DNA of 64,000 bases from an uncultured bacterium (lineage in GTDB: Bacteria; Desulfobacterota_D; UBA1144; Nemesobacterales; UBA2774). This document shows, one piece after another, positions 30,609-40,354 of the stretch. The notes under the pieces are model-generated. The model worked only from the letters and a program-made list of their open reading frames with translations, made no database searches and was not told where the DNA came from. Within the stretch, counting starts at the first letter, position 1, and every line of letters starts with the position of its first letter. The DNA lies in NCBI GenBank assembly GCA_963705505.1, contig CAVPJU010000003.1, positions 96,001-160,000 on the forward strand. The letters run 5' to 3'. A program made the position numbers and the translations under genes.

Positions 30609-31088
30609 TTACTTGCCAAGTTCCGGTATCTCCAAACTCTCTCTAATCTCAAGGAAATAATCCCTGAGAGCCTCCTCCTGCTCCCATGTGACGAGATGAA
30701 AGGGCCTCTTCATCTTCACCACTTCAAGCGCGGTACCGGGGTCGATATTCATATGGTGCATCAGAAAGCAGGCGATCATGAGGTTCGTCCTTCCCATGCC
30801 GGCATAGCAATGAACCGCGACCCGCTTATTGTCGGCGATCTGAATCTTCACGAATTCGACGAATTCCGAAAAGTCTTCGAACTGAGGAGCCTTGAAATCC
30901 TTTATAGGTATATGCTTTACAATAAAGCCGCTGTAATCCCTGAAATACTCCTTCTCTTCCAGGCTGACGATTACCTCTATCCCCTCCCCTCTCAGGAACT
31001 CCAGGTCGTCTTCGTGGGCATAAAACAGTCCCGGCCTTTCCATACCCGCAAGCATCCCCTCTATGACCCACGAGAACCTTTCCGGCAC
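30609..31088 (-). CDS. Dual-specificity/protein-tyrosine phosphatase family protein
   Basis: VHCYAGMGRT active-site (CX5R) motif. Confidence 0.88.
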   Translation of the reverse strand: MPERFSWVIEGMLAGMERPGLFYAHEDDLEFLRGEGIEVIVSLEEKEYFRDYSGFIVKHIPIKDFKAPQFEDFSEFVEFVKIQIADNKRVAVHCYAGMGRTNLMIACFLMHHMNIDPGTALEVVKMKRPFHLVTWEQEEALRDYFLEIRESLEIPELGK

Positions 31089-31090
31089 GG

Positions 31091-31792
31091 TCAGACCCTC
31101 CCCTTTTTAAGCTCGGCGACATATATGTCGGCCCGTCTCGTGGGCTCCGGTATCCTGTATCCCCTCGCGCATTCAAGCGCAATTTCCCTTGCCGAGTCCG
31201 AGTCTATCTTATGGCCCAGGGAAACGAAAACAGGATTTTTCCCGTCCCTCGTCCGGAGAACCGAGCCTATTACATCCTCTTCCTTGGATAGCAGAGGCGT
31301 CCACGAGCCCCTTTTCTCCCCCGGCTCGTCATATTTACCGTAAAGCCTCTTTTTGGCGATTCCCATCGAGGGAACGTCAAGCAATACGCCGACGTGGCAT
31401 GCGATGCCGAACCCCCGCGGGTGTGCTATACCCTGCCCGTCTATTATGAGGAGGTCGGGCTTTTGTCTCAGTTTTTTAAAAGTCTCTATTATCGCGGGCC
31501 CTTCTCTGAATGCGAGTAAGCCCGGTATGTAAGGGAATTTCTCATCACTCACGGAATAAACACGCTCGATTTCGGCGAGGCCGGGGTATGAAAACATGAT
31601 TATTCCGCAAATGAGCTTATTCTCGTTCTTGAGCACGGAGATGTCGGCCCCCGCAACCGTCTTCAGCTCCCCGAACTCCCTCTTGCTAATGACCCTTTTA
31701 CTTAGTTCCTTCTGTATATCGAAGGCGCGGGCGACTGACGGCTTATCCCCCCCGATGAGCCCTTCGAGAAAGGCTATCTCAGTGGTATCCAT
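31091..31792 (-). CDS. nfi: Endonuclease V
   Basis: FPYIPGLLAFRE, IDGQGIAHPRGFGIACH, RIPEPTRRAD. Confidence 0.95.
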   Translation of the reverse strand: MDTTEIAFLEGLIGGDKPSVARAFDIQKELSKRVISKREFGELKTVAGADISVLKNENKLICGIIMFSYPGLAEIERVYSVSDEKFPYIPGLLAFREGPAIIETFKKLRQKPDLLIIDGQGIAHPRGFGIACHVGVLLDVPSMGIAKKRLYGKYDEPGEKRGSWTPLLSKEEDVIGSVLRTRDGKNPVFVSLGHKIDSDSAREIALECARGYRIPEPTRRADIYVAELKKGRV

Positions 31793-32030
31793 ATACATCC
31801 CTTATGACCCTCTTGAACCTCGGGGCATAAATCAGCTCGAAAGCGAGCTCTTTTCCCGGAAAGAGCCTGAGCGCAAAATTCCTGACCTTCTCAAAATGCT
31901 CGAGGGCTTCCTCCCTCGTCAGGTCGGTCTGATACATGAGGGATATGGTCAAATCGACCATGAACCTGAGCAGCCTGAGCTTCCTGTTCTCCTCGGCTAT
32001 TTCTTCCGGTGTGGGAATTTGTTTTTCCAT
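31779..32030 (-). CDS. Small helical hypothetical protein
   Basis: 83-aa ORF with natural composition, codirectional with and overlapping the nfi start. Confidence 0.7.
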   Translation of the reverse strand: MEKQIPTPEEIAEENRKLRLLRFMVDLTISLMYQTDLTREEALEHFEKVRNFALRLFPGKELAFELIYAPRFKRVIRDVYGYH

Positions 32031-32203
32031 ATTTAATCCCGCCTGCTGACACTCCGATCAACAATATCGATTGTAAAAGTATACATGAAGCTTAAATGCG
32101 GTTTAACTTATATTGATGAATTCCATATAGGAGTTTATTTGTCCGCAACAATAAAATTCGGTAGAATCAAACGGAATCTTTTTCGGCAGGGAGGATATGT
32201 GAA

Positions 32204-33154
32204 ATGAAGCTCAAAATGGCGTTCGTCATGGACCCGGTGGGGACCATAAATACTGAGAAGGACACGACATACGTCCTGATGCTCGAAGCTCAGGCGAGGG
32301 GACACGAAGTCCGGTACCTCGAGCATAAAGACATCTTCGTGAAAGATACGAGGGTGTACGGCAACGCAGCTGAAATCAAACTAAAGAGGGGAACGGATCA
32401 TTACAAGCTCGGCCCGGTAGAAACTATTAGTCTGGATACATTCGATGCCGTGTGGATGAGAAAAGACCCCCCCTTCAACCAGGACTACATCTATGCGACC
32501 TACATTTTGAGCCTCATAGACCAGAATAGAACGAAAGTGATAAACAACCCCCGCGGTATCAGGGAGTCCAATGAAAAGCTCTACACGCTATATTTCCCCG
32601 AATTGATACCGAGCTCGATAGTAACCAAGGACATACCGCAGCTCAATAAATTCCTCGCAGAGGTGGGGGGGGAAATAGTGGTGAAACCGCTCGACGGGCA
32701 CGGCGGAGAGGGGGTCTTTTACGTGCGGGAGGGGGACAGGAACTCTAACGTAATACTGGAGACCGTCACGAATTCGGGAAGACAGTTCGTGCTCGCGCAG
32801 AAGTTCATAAAAGAGGTGAGCGAGGGGGATAAGAGGATAATAATATTAAACGGTGAACCCCTCGGCGCGGTACTGAGGGTGCCGAAGCCCGGAGGGGAAT
32901 TCAGGTGCAATTTCCATTCCGGAGGGAGCCCCGCGAAATCAGAGCTTACGGACAGGGACCTGAAAATTTGTAGGGCGCTGTCGCTGAGACTCAAGAAGGA
33001 CGGTCTCTATTTCGTCGGCATCGACGTCATAGGCGGATACATAACGGAGATAAATACGACGAGCCCCACGGGGGTTCAGGAGATCAACAGACTCAACGGA
33101 GTGAAGCTCGAAGAGGAAATCATAGATTTCGCAGAGGAGCTCTGCTCGTTTTGA
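32204..33154 (+). CDS. gshB: Glutathione synthetase
   Basis: FVMDP, MRKDPPF, NEKL, KPLDGHGG, GDKRI, TEINTTSPTG. Confidence 0.95.
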   Translation: MKLKMAFVMDPVGTINTEKDTTYVLMLEAQARGHEVRYLEHKDIFVKDTRVYGNAAEIKLKRGTDHYKLGPVETISLDTFDAVWMRKDPPFNQDYIYATYILSLIDQNRTKVINNPRGIRESNEKLYTLYFPELIPSSIVTKDIPQLNKFLAEVGGEIVVKPLDGHGGEGVFYVREGDRNSNVILETVTNSGRQFVLAQKFIKEVSEGDKRIIILNGEPLGAVLRVPKPGGEFRCNFHSGGSPAKSELTDRDLKICRALSLRLKKDGLYFVGIDVIGGYITEINTTSPTGVQEINRLNGVKLEEEIIDFAEELCSF

Positions 33155-33210
33155 GGTCTGAATAATTTCTCGTAAAACATCTGTCAGTGCGGAGAAACCG
33201 GGAGCAGCGA

Positions 33211-33501
33211 ATGAAAATCACAAGGGATGACGTAATCAAGGTCGCAGAGCTGGCGAGGCTCGAATTCAAAGAGGAGGAGCTCGGAAAATTCACTGAGCAG
33301 CTCGGCAATATTCTTACATACATCGGGAAGTTAAACGAGCTCGATACCAAAGATGTCGAACCCACCTCCCACGTGCTCGATCTCGCCACACCGCTCAGGG
33401 AAGACGCGGTCGAGGACTGGCTCACAGTGGGCGAGGTCCTGGAGAATGCGCCCCGGGAGGAAGACGGGTTCTTCGTCGTCCCCCAGGTGATCGAGGATTA
33501 A
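33211..33501 (+). CDS. gatC: Asp/Glu-tRNA amidotransferase subunit C
   Basis: VAELARLE...LDTKDVEPT...LRED...NAP...FFVVPQVI. Confidence 0.95.
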   Translation: MKITRDDVIKVAELARLEFKEEELGKFTEQLGNILTYIGKLNELDTKDVEPTSHVLDLATPLREDAVEDWLTVGEVLENAPREEDGFFVVPQVIED

Positions 33502-33513
33502 GGAGAATTTCGA

Positions 33514-34974
33514 ATGGAACTCCCGTTTTTATCGATAGGGGAAGCCTCGCGGCTTATAAAGAAAAAGGAGATTTCCCCTGAAGAGCTCACAGAGTCGGTC
33601 CTCGATAGGATTACAAAGCTCGACGGGGAGCTCAATTCCTATATCACTGTGATGGGGGAAAAAGCCCTGGAATCGGCCAGAAAAGCCGGGGAGGAAATTT
33701 CCTCGGGCAGCTACCGCGGCCCCCTGCACGGTATCCCGTTAGGCTTAAAGGACATATTCGTTATGAAGGGCGTCCCCGCTACATGCGGTTCGAAAATGTT
33801 GGAGAACTTCTTCCCGCCCTACGACGCCACGGTAACTAAAAAGCTTCTCGACGCAGGGGCGGTTATAGTCGGCAAGAACAATATGGACGAGTTCGCAATG
33901 GGCTCATCGACGGAAACCTCCTACTTCGGTCCTGCAAAGAATCCCTGGGACACGGCAAGGGTGCCCGGCGGCTCAAGCGGAGGTTCAGCGGCTGCGACAG
34001 CGGCATCCCTCTGCCTCGGTTCCGTAGGCACGGATACCGGAGGCTCGATAAGACAGCCCGCCTCATTCTGCGGCGTCGTCGGGATGAAGCCCACATACGG
34101 GCGCGTGAGCAGGTTCGGAATGATAGCGTTCGCATCTTCCCTCGACCAGGCGGGCCCTATAACAAAAACAGTCGAGGATGCCGCCCTGATCCTGAATGCG
34201 ATCTCGGGTCACGACCGGAGGGACTCTACATGCGTGAATGCTCCGGTGCCCGACTATACGCAGAGTCTTAAAGACAGTATAAAGGGGATGAAAATCGGAG
34301 TGCCCAGGGAATATTTCATTCCCGGTATGGACAGAGAGGTCGAAGAGGCCGCGAAAAAGGCGATCGCTCTCGTCGAAGACCTGGGGGGCGATGTAATCGA
34401 GATATCCCTGCCACATACGGAATACGCGGTCCTGACCTACTATATCATCGCGCCCTCGGAGGCGAGCTCGAACCTCGCCCGCTACGACGGCGTGAAATAC
34501 GGATACCGGACGGCTGATGCAGAAACGCTCAGGGACATGTACTTCAAGACGAGGGCGGAAGGGTTCGGGAACGAAGTAAAGAGGAGGATAATGCTCGGCA
34601 CTTACGCTCTTTCGGCAGGCTACTATGACGCCTATTATCTGAAGGCTCAGAGAGTGAGGACGCTCATAAAAAGGGATTTCGAAGAGGCGTTCAAGAAGGT
34701 CGATGTGATTATGGCGCCCACGGCGCCCGAGGTGGCTTTCAGGTTCGGAGAAAAAACCGGTGACCCGATAAAGATGTATCTGTCAGACGTCCTTACCATA
34801 CCCTGCAACATAGCCGGGCTTCCTGGGATATCCATCCCCTGCGGATTCTCCTCAAACGGACTGCCCATAGGGATTCAGGTCCTCGGGAAACCTTTCGACG
34901 AAGAAGCTGTAATCCATGTGGCACACGCATACGAGCAGCACTCCAAATGGTACCAAAAGAGACCCCCGATTTAA
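33514..34974 (+). CDS. gatA: Asp/Glu-tRNA amidotransferase subunit A
   Basis: [33 protein letters not shown]. Confidence 0.97.
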   Translation: MELPFLSIGEASRLIKKKEISPEELTESVLDRITKLDGELNSYITVMGEKALESARKAGEEISSGSYRGPLHGIPLGLKDIFVMKGVPATCGSKMLENFFPPYDATVTKKLLDAGAVIVGKNNMDEFAMGSSTETSYFGPAKNPWDTARVPGGSSGGSAAATAASLCLGSVGTDTGGSIRQPASFCGVVGMKPTYGRVSRFGMIAFASSLDQAGPITKTVEDAALILNAISGHDRRDSTCVNAPVPDYTQSLKDSIKGMKIGVPREYFIPGMDREVEEAAKKAIALVEDLGGDVIEISLPHTEYAVLTYYIIAPSEASSNLARYDGVKYGYRTADAETLRDMYFKTRAEGFGNEVKRRIMLGTYALSAGYYDAYYLKAQRVRTLIKRDFEEAFKKVDVIMAPTAPEVAFRFGEKTGDPIKMYLSDVLTIPCNIAGLPGISIPCGFSSNGLPIGIQVLGKPFDEEAVIHVAHAYEQHSKWYQKRPPI

Positions 34975-35052
34975 GGTTCGTTATGAATCTCGTATAAATT
35001 TATTTATATATAGCTGCGCGGTTAAGCGGAATGAAAGAACGAGGAGAATGAA

Positions 35053-35241
35053 ATGGCTGAGAAGAAAAAGGTATGCATGATTTGCGGAAAACCGTCTGAA
35101 TCCTCTATCTGTGATGAGTGCAAGGCGAAGATTCAGGGAGAGGCGGCCGGCGAGAAGCAGAAAGTAGAGAAGCAGGTCAGGGTCGGCTCTGAAGTGGAGA
35201 AGGACAGGTTAGTGAAAAAGCATTTAAAAGAAAAAAAGTAA
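35053..35241 (+). CDS. Small putative zinc-finger protein
   Basis: GAGGAG RBS; CMIC...CDEC in a 62-aa Lys/Glu-rich ORF. Confidence 0.65.
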   Translation: MAEKKKVCMICGKPSESSICDECKAKIQGEAAGEKQKVEKQVRVGSEVEKDRLVKKHLKEKK

Positions 35242-35261
35242 AAGACTATTCCGTACTTATT

Positions 35262-36102
35262 TTATCCCTGCCCCCAGATATCGAGCGCCCTCTTGTACGT
35301 CTTACTCTTAGAATAGCCCGAACCCTCGGAAACTTTTTTTACCGCGTCTTTAAGACTGAGCCCGCTTTTCTTATAGGCGCCGAGCATCTTGTCAATGTTC
35401 TCCGAATCGACTCCCCCTGCTTTCGGCCGGAGCTCCCTCTACTACGAGTGTCACCTCGCCCTTTATCTCGCTCCGCTTACCGAGAGTTTCCAGAACCCCT
35501 GAAATCTTCCCCCGCAGTGTCTCTTCATAGAGCTTCGTTATCTCGCGGCTGAACGAAATGTTCCTGTCCCCGAACACTTCAAGCATCACGCGGAGGGTCT
35601 TCATAACCCTGTTTGGCGATTCATAGAATACGAGCGTCTCGGGATAACTTTTTATAGTCCCGAGATAATCAGTCAACCGCTTCTTCGTCCGCGGGAGGAA
35701 CCCGAAGAACGCGAAGCTCGACGTGGGAAGCCCCGAGACGCAGAGCGCAGACACGACTGCCGAGGGGCCCGGAACGGGGAGCACGTCGATACCGTGTTCG
35801 GATGCGAGTTTGACGAGCCTGTATCCGGGGTCTGAAATGCCGGGGGTGCCGGCGTCGGAAACCATTGCTATGCTCTTTCCCCCTTCGAGCAGCGAGAGGA
35901 GCTCTTTTGACTTTTCAATCTCATTGTGTTCGTGGTATCCGATGAGTGGCTTATCGATCGCGTAGCGGGAAAGGAGCTTCCTCGTCGTTCTCGTGTCTTC
36001 GCACGCTATCAGGTCGGCTTCTTTAAGTATTCTGATTGCCCTGAGTGTGATATCTTCGAGGTTCCCTATAGGGGTTGAAACGATGTAAAGCTTTCCGCTC
36101 AT
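35262..36102 (-). CDS. rsmI: 16S rRNA C1402 2'-O-methyltransferase, with apparent +1 frameshift in a G-run near 35415
   Basis: LYIVSTPIGNLEDIT, SDAGTPGISDPG, FYESP; removing one G restores the usual tail GLSLKDAVKKVS...KSKTY ending at TAA 35262. Confidence 0.92.
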
Positions 36103-36211
36103 CTGGTCTGAGAATAAATCAATACCGGTACTTCAATAATTACATTATAGCCTTAAACCGTATCGACCCTTTATCGGCCTGTGAAACAAATTACCGCCGA
36201 TTCCGACATGA

Positions 36212-36703
36212 CTAATCCACGTTGCATCTCTTATTCGACTCGTAGTTTATGCACTTATCCTGGTCTTTTCCGCCGTCAATGCTGTCAGTGCCCATTCCCC
36301 CGTCGAGGAAGTCCTCGCCATCGTTGCCTTCAAGATAATCATTACCGTCGCCGCCATAAACGACATCGTTGCCTTTTCCGCCTCTGATATCGTCATTCCC
36401 GGCGTCTCCGTAGAGGATATCATCGTCCGCACCACCCGTAATGGTATCATTACCGTCGCCGCCACAAATAACGTCATCGCCGTCAAGCCCTTTGATCTGG
36501 TCATTGCCCCCGAGACCTACAATCACATCCGGGCCAAGTGACCCGTTCAGAGTATCGTCTCCGTTTGTGCCCACGATAGTCGGCGTTTTCCCCTGGCAGG
36601 TGGGCGGAGGCTGCTGAGCCTGATTCGTTGGTGCAGCGTATGAATTGAACACAAACAGTGTTATAGCTAATAAACCGGAAATGCTCATTATTATCCTTTT
36701 CAT
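36212..36703 (-). CDS. Small secreted hemolysin-type (RTX) calcium-binding repeat protein
   Basis: Signal peptide, CQGKTPTIVGT, repeated GGxGxDx(L/I)x nonapeptides. Confidence 0.82.
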   Translation of the reverse strand: MKRIIMSISGLLAITLFVFNSYAAPTNQAQQPPPTCQGKTPTIVGTNGDDTLNGSLGPDVIVGLGGNDQIKGLDGDDVICGGDGNDTITGGADDDILYGDAGNDDIRGGKGNDVVYGGDGNDYLEGNDGEDFLDGGMGTDSIDGGKDQDKCINYESNKRCNVD

Positions 36704-36830
36704 GTCACCCCTCGCTAAGACTGTTTATCTAATTCCAATTAAACTCCCAGAGGGGAGAAAAGTCAAGCAAGAACGTCTAGTTATGATGAAGATTAAATCT
36801 TGCCGGATATTGGATCGTATATATGAATAA

Positions 36831-37036
36831 TATGGCGGAGGGCGAGGGATTCGAACCCCCAAGTCCTTTCGGACGCCGGTTTTCAAGACCTAATTAGCAT
36901 ACATTCCTAACTTTCCGGAATCGCTCGAATATTTCTAATCCCCATTCAACAAACGATTTCCATCTATTCCATATGGTCTATTGATTCCGTGTGGTACAAA
37001 TAATTATGGATGGTTCTTAGAAAATGCTTAGAAAGG
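36831..37036. repeat. att-like repeat A: tRNA-Ser 3' half plus ~150-bp arm
   Basis: 36833-36890 matches the tRNA 3' 58 nt with 1 mismatch; the following ~146 nt align with 39093-39242. Confidence 0.9.
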
Positions 37037-37043
37037 ATTTGTA

Positions 37044-37210
37044 TCACAGACCAGATAACTTCGAATCATCTCGATACTTACACCAACCACATTCCGAACT
37101 ATGAGGAGGTGGTTCCGGTAAGTCCAGGATGTCCGGAACATCTCCAAGAAATTTTTTGAAGGCAATGTCATCACGCTTAACTTCCGTCCACGACACATTT
37201 CCAGATCGGT
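37044..37210 (-). pseudogene. Possible C-terminal fragment of a PD-(D/E)XK nuclease-like gene
   Basis: Ends ...LDLPEPPPHSSECGWCKYR..., resembling the CxxCxY tail of Cas4/RecB-like nucleases; no credible N-terminus. Confidence 0.3.
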
Positions 37211-37430
37211 CTGCTATGTCTCCTGCTGAATATATAGCCGCTATAGTTTCACGCATTTTATGAGTCCAGTTGAACTGTGTCAATTTAGAATATGAGGAAG
37301 CCTTTCGTGAAGACCGGAGCCCGACCGATTTCAGGGTTAAGTCAGCATACACCGACAAATATTCACTCAATAATCATGAAACAAGCATTATAATTATTCA
37401 GCGAAATTTATACCCCAGACGAGGCGGATC

Positions 37431-38912
37431 ATGAGTAAGAAATATGTATCGGTAATATCAGGATTTATCCTTGCGCTTGGACTCTGCGCAATCATAAGCT
37501 TTCAGAACAGCTCTGCAATGGCCGAGAGCGGCAACAGGAAGGAAGATTACACACCGGAGCAGGTGAAAACCCTCAAGAACTGGACTTATTCTCTCGCCCT
37601 TGATGCCGCCACCTGGGGTAGTCCGGCTGTCATTATGTACAACTTGCGGGCCCTCGATGCTTTCGGGTCGAGGCCCAAGGCTGCGCCAAACTCAATCTGG
37701 CGCATGGAAGACATCTCTACCCCCGAACTTTCGGTCGAGGCGGGTTACGTAACACCCAACGTCAATGTGATATATGGCTTTGGCTTCCTCGATCTCGAGC
37801 AGGAGCCGATCATACTGACCGCCCCCGATTCCCACGGACGTTACTATATGGTGGAAATCGTGGACATGTATACCAACGCATTCGCATACGTGGGAGGAAC
37901 GGTTACGGGTTACAAGGGGGGTAAATTTGCTCTAGTCGGCCCGGGTTTCAAGGGCAAACTCCCGGACGATGTCAAAATTATCAATTGCCCCACCCGCTGG
38001 GTGCTGATCCAACCGCGGGTGCGTGTTTTCGACAAGGCCGATCTGCCGGCGGCGAGAGAAGTCCTGCAAGATATTAAAGTGGAGGGGCTGGCCAAGCACA
38101 CAGACCAACCCGCGCCCCCTGCGCCCGAGTATCACTATCTAATCCCAAAGGTGACGGACTCCAAACAACCTGCCAGCGCCATGAATTACGAGGACCCCCT
38201 CCAGTTCTGGGAAATCCTCTCGGCAGTGATAAACGAGAATCCGCCACCTGCGGATCAGGTGACGGCTCTGCTGCCGTACTATAGGTCTCTAGGTATAGAG
38301 CTCGGCAAGAGCTGGGACAGATCAAAGCTCAATCCAACTGTGGTCGATGCAATGAGGCAGGCAGCCGCCGACATCGGACCAATGTTGAGCAACCTGCCCA
38401 CCGAGCGAATTGCGAACGGCTGGTTCATGCCGCCTCCGACCATCGGCAACTCGCAGACGGATTACAAGACACGTGCTGTCGTCGCTCGAGTCGGTCTTAC
38501 GGCCAACGTACCGAGTGAAGCGATCTACTACCTGAGCACGGTGGACAGCAGCGGCAACCAGTTCGACGGCACCAAACAATACACGATTACATTTCAGAAA
38601 ACGCCGCCCTTCATTGCACCGGGTTTCTGGTCGCTTACGATGTACGATGCCACAAACAATTACACTGTACCAAATCCTATAAACCGTTATTTTCTGGGGA
38701 GCGATACCGGAATGAAAACGAATAAGGACGGGTCGCTCACAATATACATTCAACAGAAGAGCCCTGGCACGGATAAGGAATCAAATTGGCTGCCCGCACC
38801 CCCCAAGCCGTTTTATCTCATCCTCCGTTCCTATGCGCCGGCACCCGCTATGATTGAATCCTTATCAGGGGGTAAGGGGTATATACCCCCTCCGGTAGTG
38901 GAAACGAAATAG
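37431..38912 (+). CDS. DUF1254/DUF1214 domain secreted protein
   Basis: Signal peptide; VTPNVNVIYG..FLDL..EP, GRYY, FWSLTMYD, NWLPAP..PFYLILRSY. Confidence 0.88.
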   Translation: MSKKYVSVISGFILALGLCAIISFQNSSAMAESGNRKEDYTPEQVKTLKNWTYSLALDAATWGSPAVIMYNLRALDAFGSRPKAAPNSIWRMEDISTPELSVEAGYVTPNVNVIYGFGFLDLEQEPIILTAPDSHGRYYMVEIVDMYTNAFAYVGGTVTGYKGGKFALVGPGFKGKLPDDVKIINCPTRWVLIQPRVRVFDKADLPAAREVLQDIKVEGLAKHTDQPAPPAPEYHYLIPKVTDSKQPASAMNYEDPLQFWEILSAVINENPPPADQVTALLPYYRSLGIELGKSWDRSKLNPTVVDAMRQAAADIGPMLSNLPTERIANGWFMPPPTIGNSQTDYKTRAVVARVGLTANVPSEAIYYLSTVDSSGNQFDGTKQYTITFQKTPPFIAPGFWSLTMYDATNNYTVPNPINRYFLGSDTGMKTNKDGSLTIYIQQKSPGTDKESNWLPAPPKPFYLILRSYAPAPAMIESLSGGKGYIPPPVVETK

Positions 38913-39035
38913 GAGCCGAATCAAGCAGCGATATAATGTAATGAATCTGTTATTGTCACTCCGCTCGTATCGACAAACTAAAAGAATTTTATACCTGATT
39001 GTTCACTCCGCCCATATTGTCAATGTGGTCTAATC

Positions 39036-39242
39036 TATGGCGGAGGGCGAGGGATTCGAACCCCCAAGTCCTTGCGGACGCCGGTTTTCAAGTCCTATTC
39101 AGTGTGTATTCATAACTTTCCGGAGTCACTGAAATATTTGTAAACACACTTAAAAAAACGATTTCCATCTATTACATCTGGTTCAATTGGTTCTATATGG
39201 TGACAAGAATTATGGATGGTTCTTAGAAAATGCTTAGAAAGG
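39036..39242. repeat. att-like repeat B: tRNA-Ser 3' half plus ~150-bp arm
   Basis: 39038-39092 identical to the tRNA 3' 55 nt; last 35 bp (39208-39242) identical to 37002-37036. Confidence 0.9.
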
Positions 39243-39353
39243 CAAATTCAGCAATATATTGATATGCCTGCAAACTAATCGCAATAAACTACAATTATTA
39301 GATAATTATGGCGGTGTCTGTTTGAAAATATCCGAACCGAAATCGCTGGGCTC

Positions 39354-39490
39354 GGCGGGCGGAATTCCCCCCAGACCCCCCTTCCGCCCGCCTCGCCTAC
39401 CCGACGAATAGGCGGGAAGCGGAAGCGAAAAGGGCGATTTCAAGTTTTTCGCGGGCGAAGCCCGCAAGGAAAATCATAAATGATTTTCCT
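39354..39490. other. Cluster of four inverted repeats (structured DNA or RNA element of unknown function)
   Basis: GGCGGGCGGAA/TTCCGCCCGCC (39354-39392), CGCCTA/TAGGCG (39394-39414), GCGGGC-GAA-GCCCGC (39451-39465), AGGAAAATCAT-AA-ATGATTTTCCT (39467-39490). Confidence 0.6.
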
Positions 39491-39600
39491 CTTTGGTGGT
39501 ATATTCTTTTGTGAAAATTTTTGATTCAAAAATTGAAAAAGAAAAAGGCTCCGTGCGAAACTTCCGCAAGGGGCCCGGGTGCGAGACACGTTGGACTCGC

Positions 39601-39945
39601 TTACTCTTGCCTGACTATGTCGACCGAGATCTCCACCGCCGGAATCGTTCCTCTGTTTTCAAGCCAGTGTGTGGTGTTCCTATCCTCGGGCCAGCCCACT
39701 CCCGGCCCATAGTCAGTAGCGACGCCATTTCGATGGTCAGTGATCGTTCCTTGCAGTATATAGACGGTGCCTGGTCTGTCTTTATGGTCGTGAATCGGGC
39801 CGAAGACGCCTCCAGGTTCGATGGTCACCATACGCATTCGAAGTTGGCGCCCTGCCATGCCCTCGATCTCGGGGCCAAGGTCAACCGTTGCAAGTAACTT
39901 CACCGTAACACCTTTCGTCTCAGGTGCCACCTGTTCGTTGTTCAT
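39601..39945 (-). CDS. Cupin domain protein
   Basis: GAGGAGG RBS before MNNEQ; IEPGG..GPIHDHKDRPG.VYILQG, HWLEN.G. Confidence 0.85.
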   Translation of the reverse strand: MNNEQVAPETKGVTVKLLATVDLGPEIEGMAGRQLRMRMVTIEPGGVFGPIHDHKDRPGTVYILQGTITDHRNGVATDYGPGVGWPEDRNTTHWLENRGTIPAVEISVDIVRQE

Positions 39946-40141
39946 CGTGTCCTCCTCTTTGTAACTTCCAGGGCCTAACATAGAATTACGTTACAATCTT
40001 ACTAGATGACAACAAATTTCTTAAATTTCTTCTAGAAAAGCCCGCTTTTGGCCTTACCTGAATTCAAAACGGCTTGAATTTTTGGCGAAAAACGGCTGGC
40101 GAGCCCGCGTAGCAGGCGAGCCGACAAACGCATTTCCTAAC

Positions 40142-40227
40142 TGGCGGAGGGCGAGGGATTCGAACCCCCAAGTCCTTGCGGACGCCGGTTTTCAAGACCG
40201 GTGCATTAGCCGTTCTGCCAGCCCTCC
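40142..40227 (-). tRNA. tRNA-Ser (anticodon TGA)
   Basis: Reverse complement GGAGGGCTGGCAGAACGGCTAATGCACCGGTC-TTGAAAA-CCGGCGTCCGCAAGGACTTGGGGGTTCGAATCCCTCGCCCTCCGCCA: acceptor stem, long variable arm, T-loop, encoded CCA. Confidence 0.96.
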
Positions 40228-40313
40228 GGGGCTCATCGTTATCAGGTACTTACGGGATTTACGGCTATTCTCATAAATGGTTTTTCTAGTAAATTTCTAG
40301 TCGGACTTGGAGA

Positions 40314-40342
40314 ATTGTACTTTATCCCTTCTAGCCATGCAA
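40314..40342 (-). promoter_or_regulatory. Putative sigma-70 promoter for tRNA-Ser
   Basis: Minus strand TTGCAT-N17-TACAAT, about 85 nt upstream of the tRNA. Confidence 0.45.
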
Positions 40343-40354
40343 GGAGAGTGGGTC

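Larger units (their letters stand above)
36891..39037. mobile_element. Integrase-less mini-island 2 at tRNA-Ser (~2.15 kb)
   Basis: Bounded by att repeats A and B; holds a gene fragment and a DUF1254/DUF1214 gene. Confidence 0.7.
39093..40141. mobile_element. Integrase-less mini-island 1 at tRNA-Ser (~1.05 kb)
   Basis: Lies between the intact tRNA and att repeat B; holds a cupin gene and a hairpin-rich segment. Confidence 0.7.

Noticed and set aside
36833..39092. Two additional tRNA-Ser genes
   Set aside because: Both copies lack the 5' acceptor strand and D-arm; they are att-type 3' fragments.
40082..40276. 64-aa ORF as a real gene
   Set aside because: Mostly the antisense of the tRNA; kept only as a possible recombinase tail.
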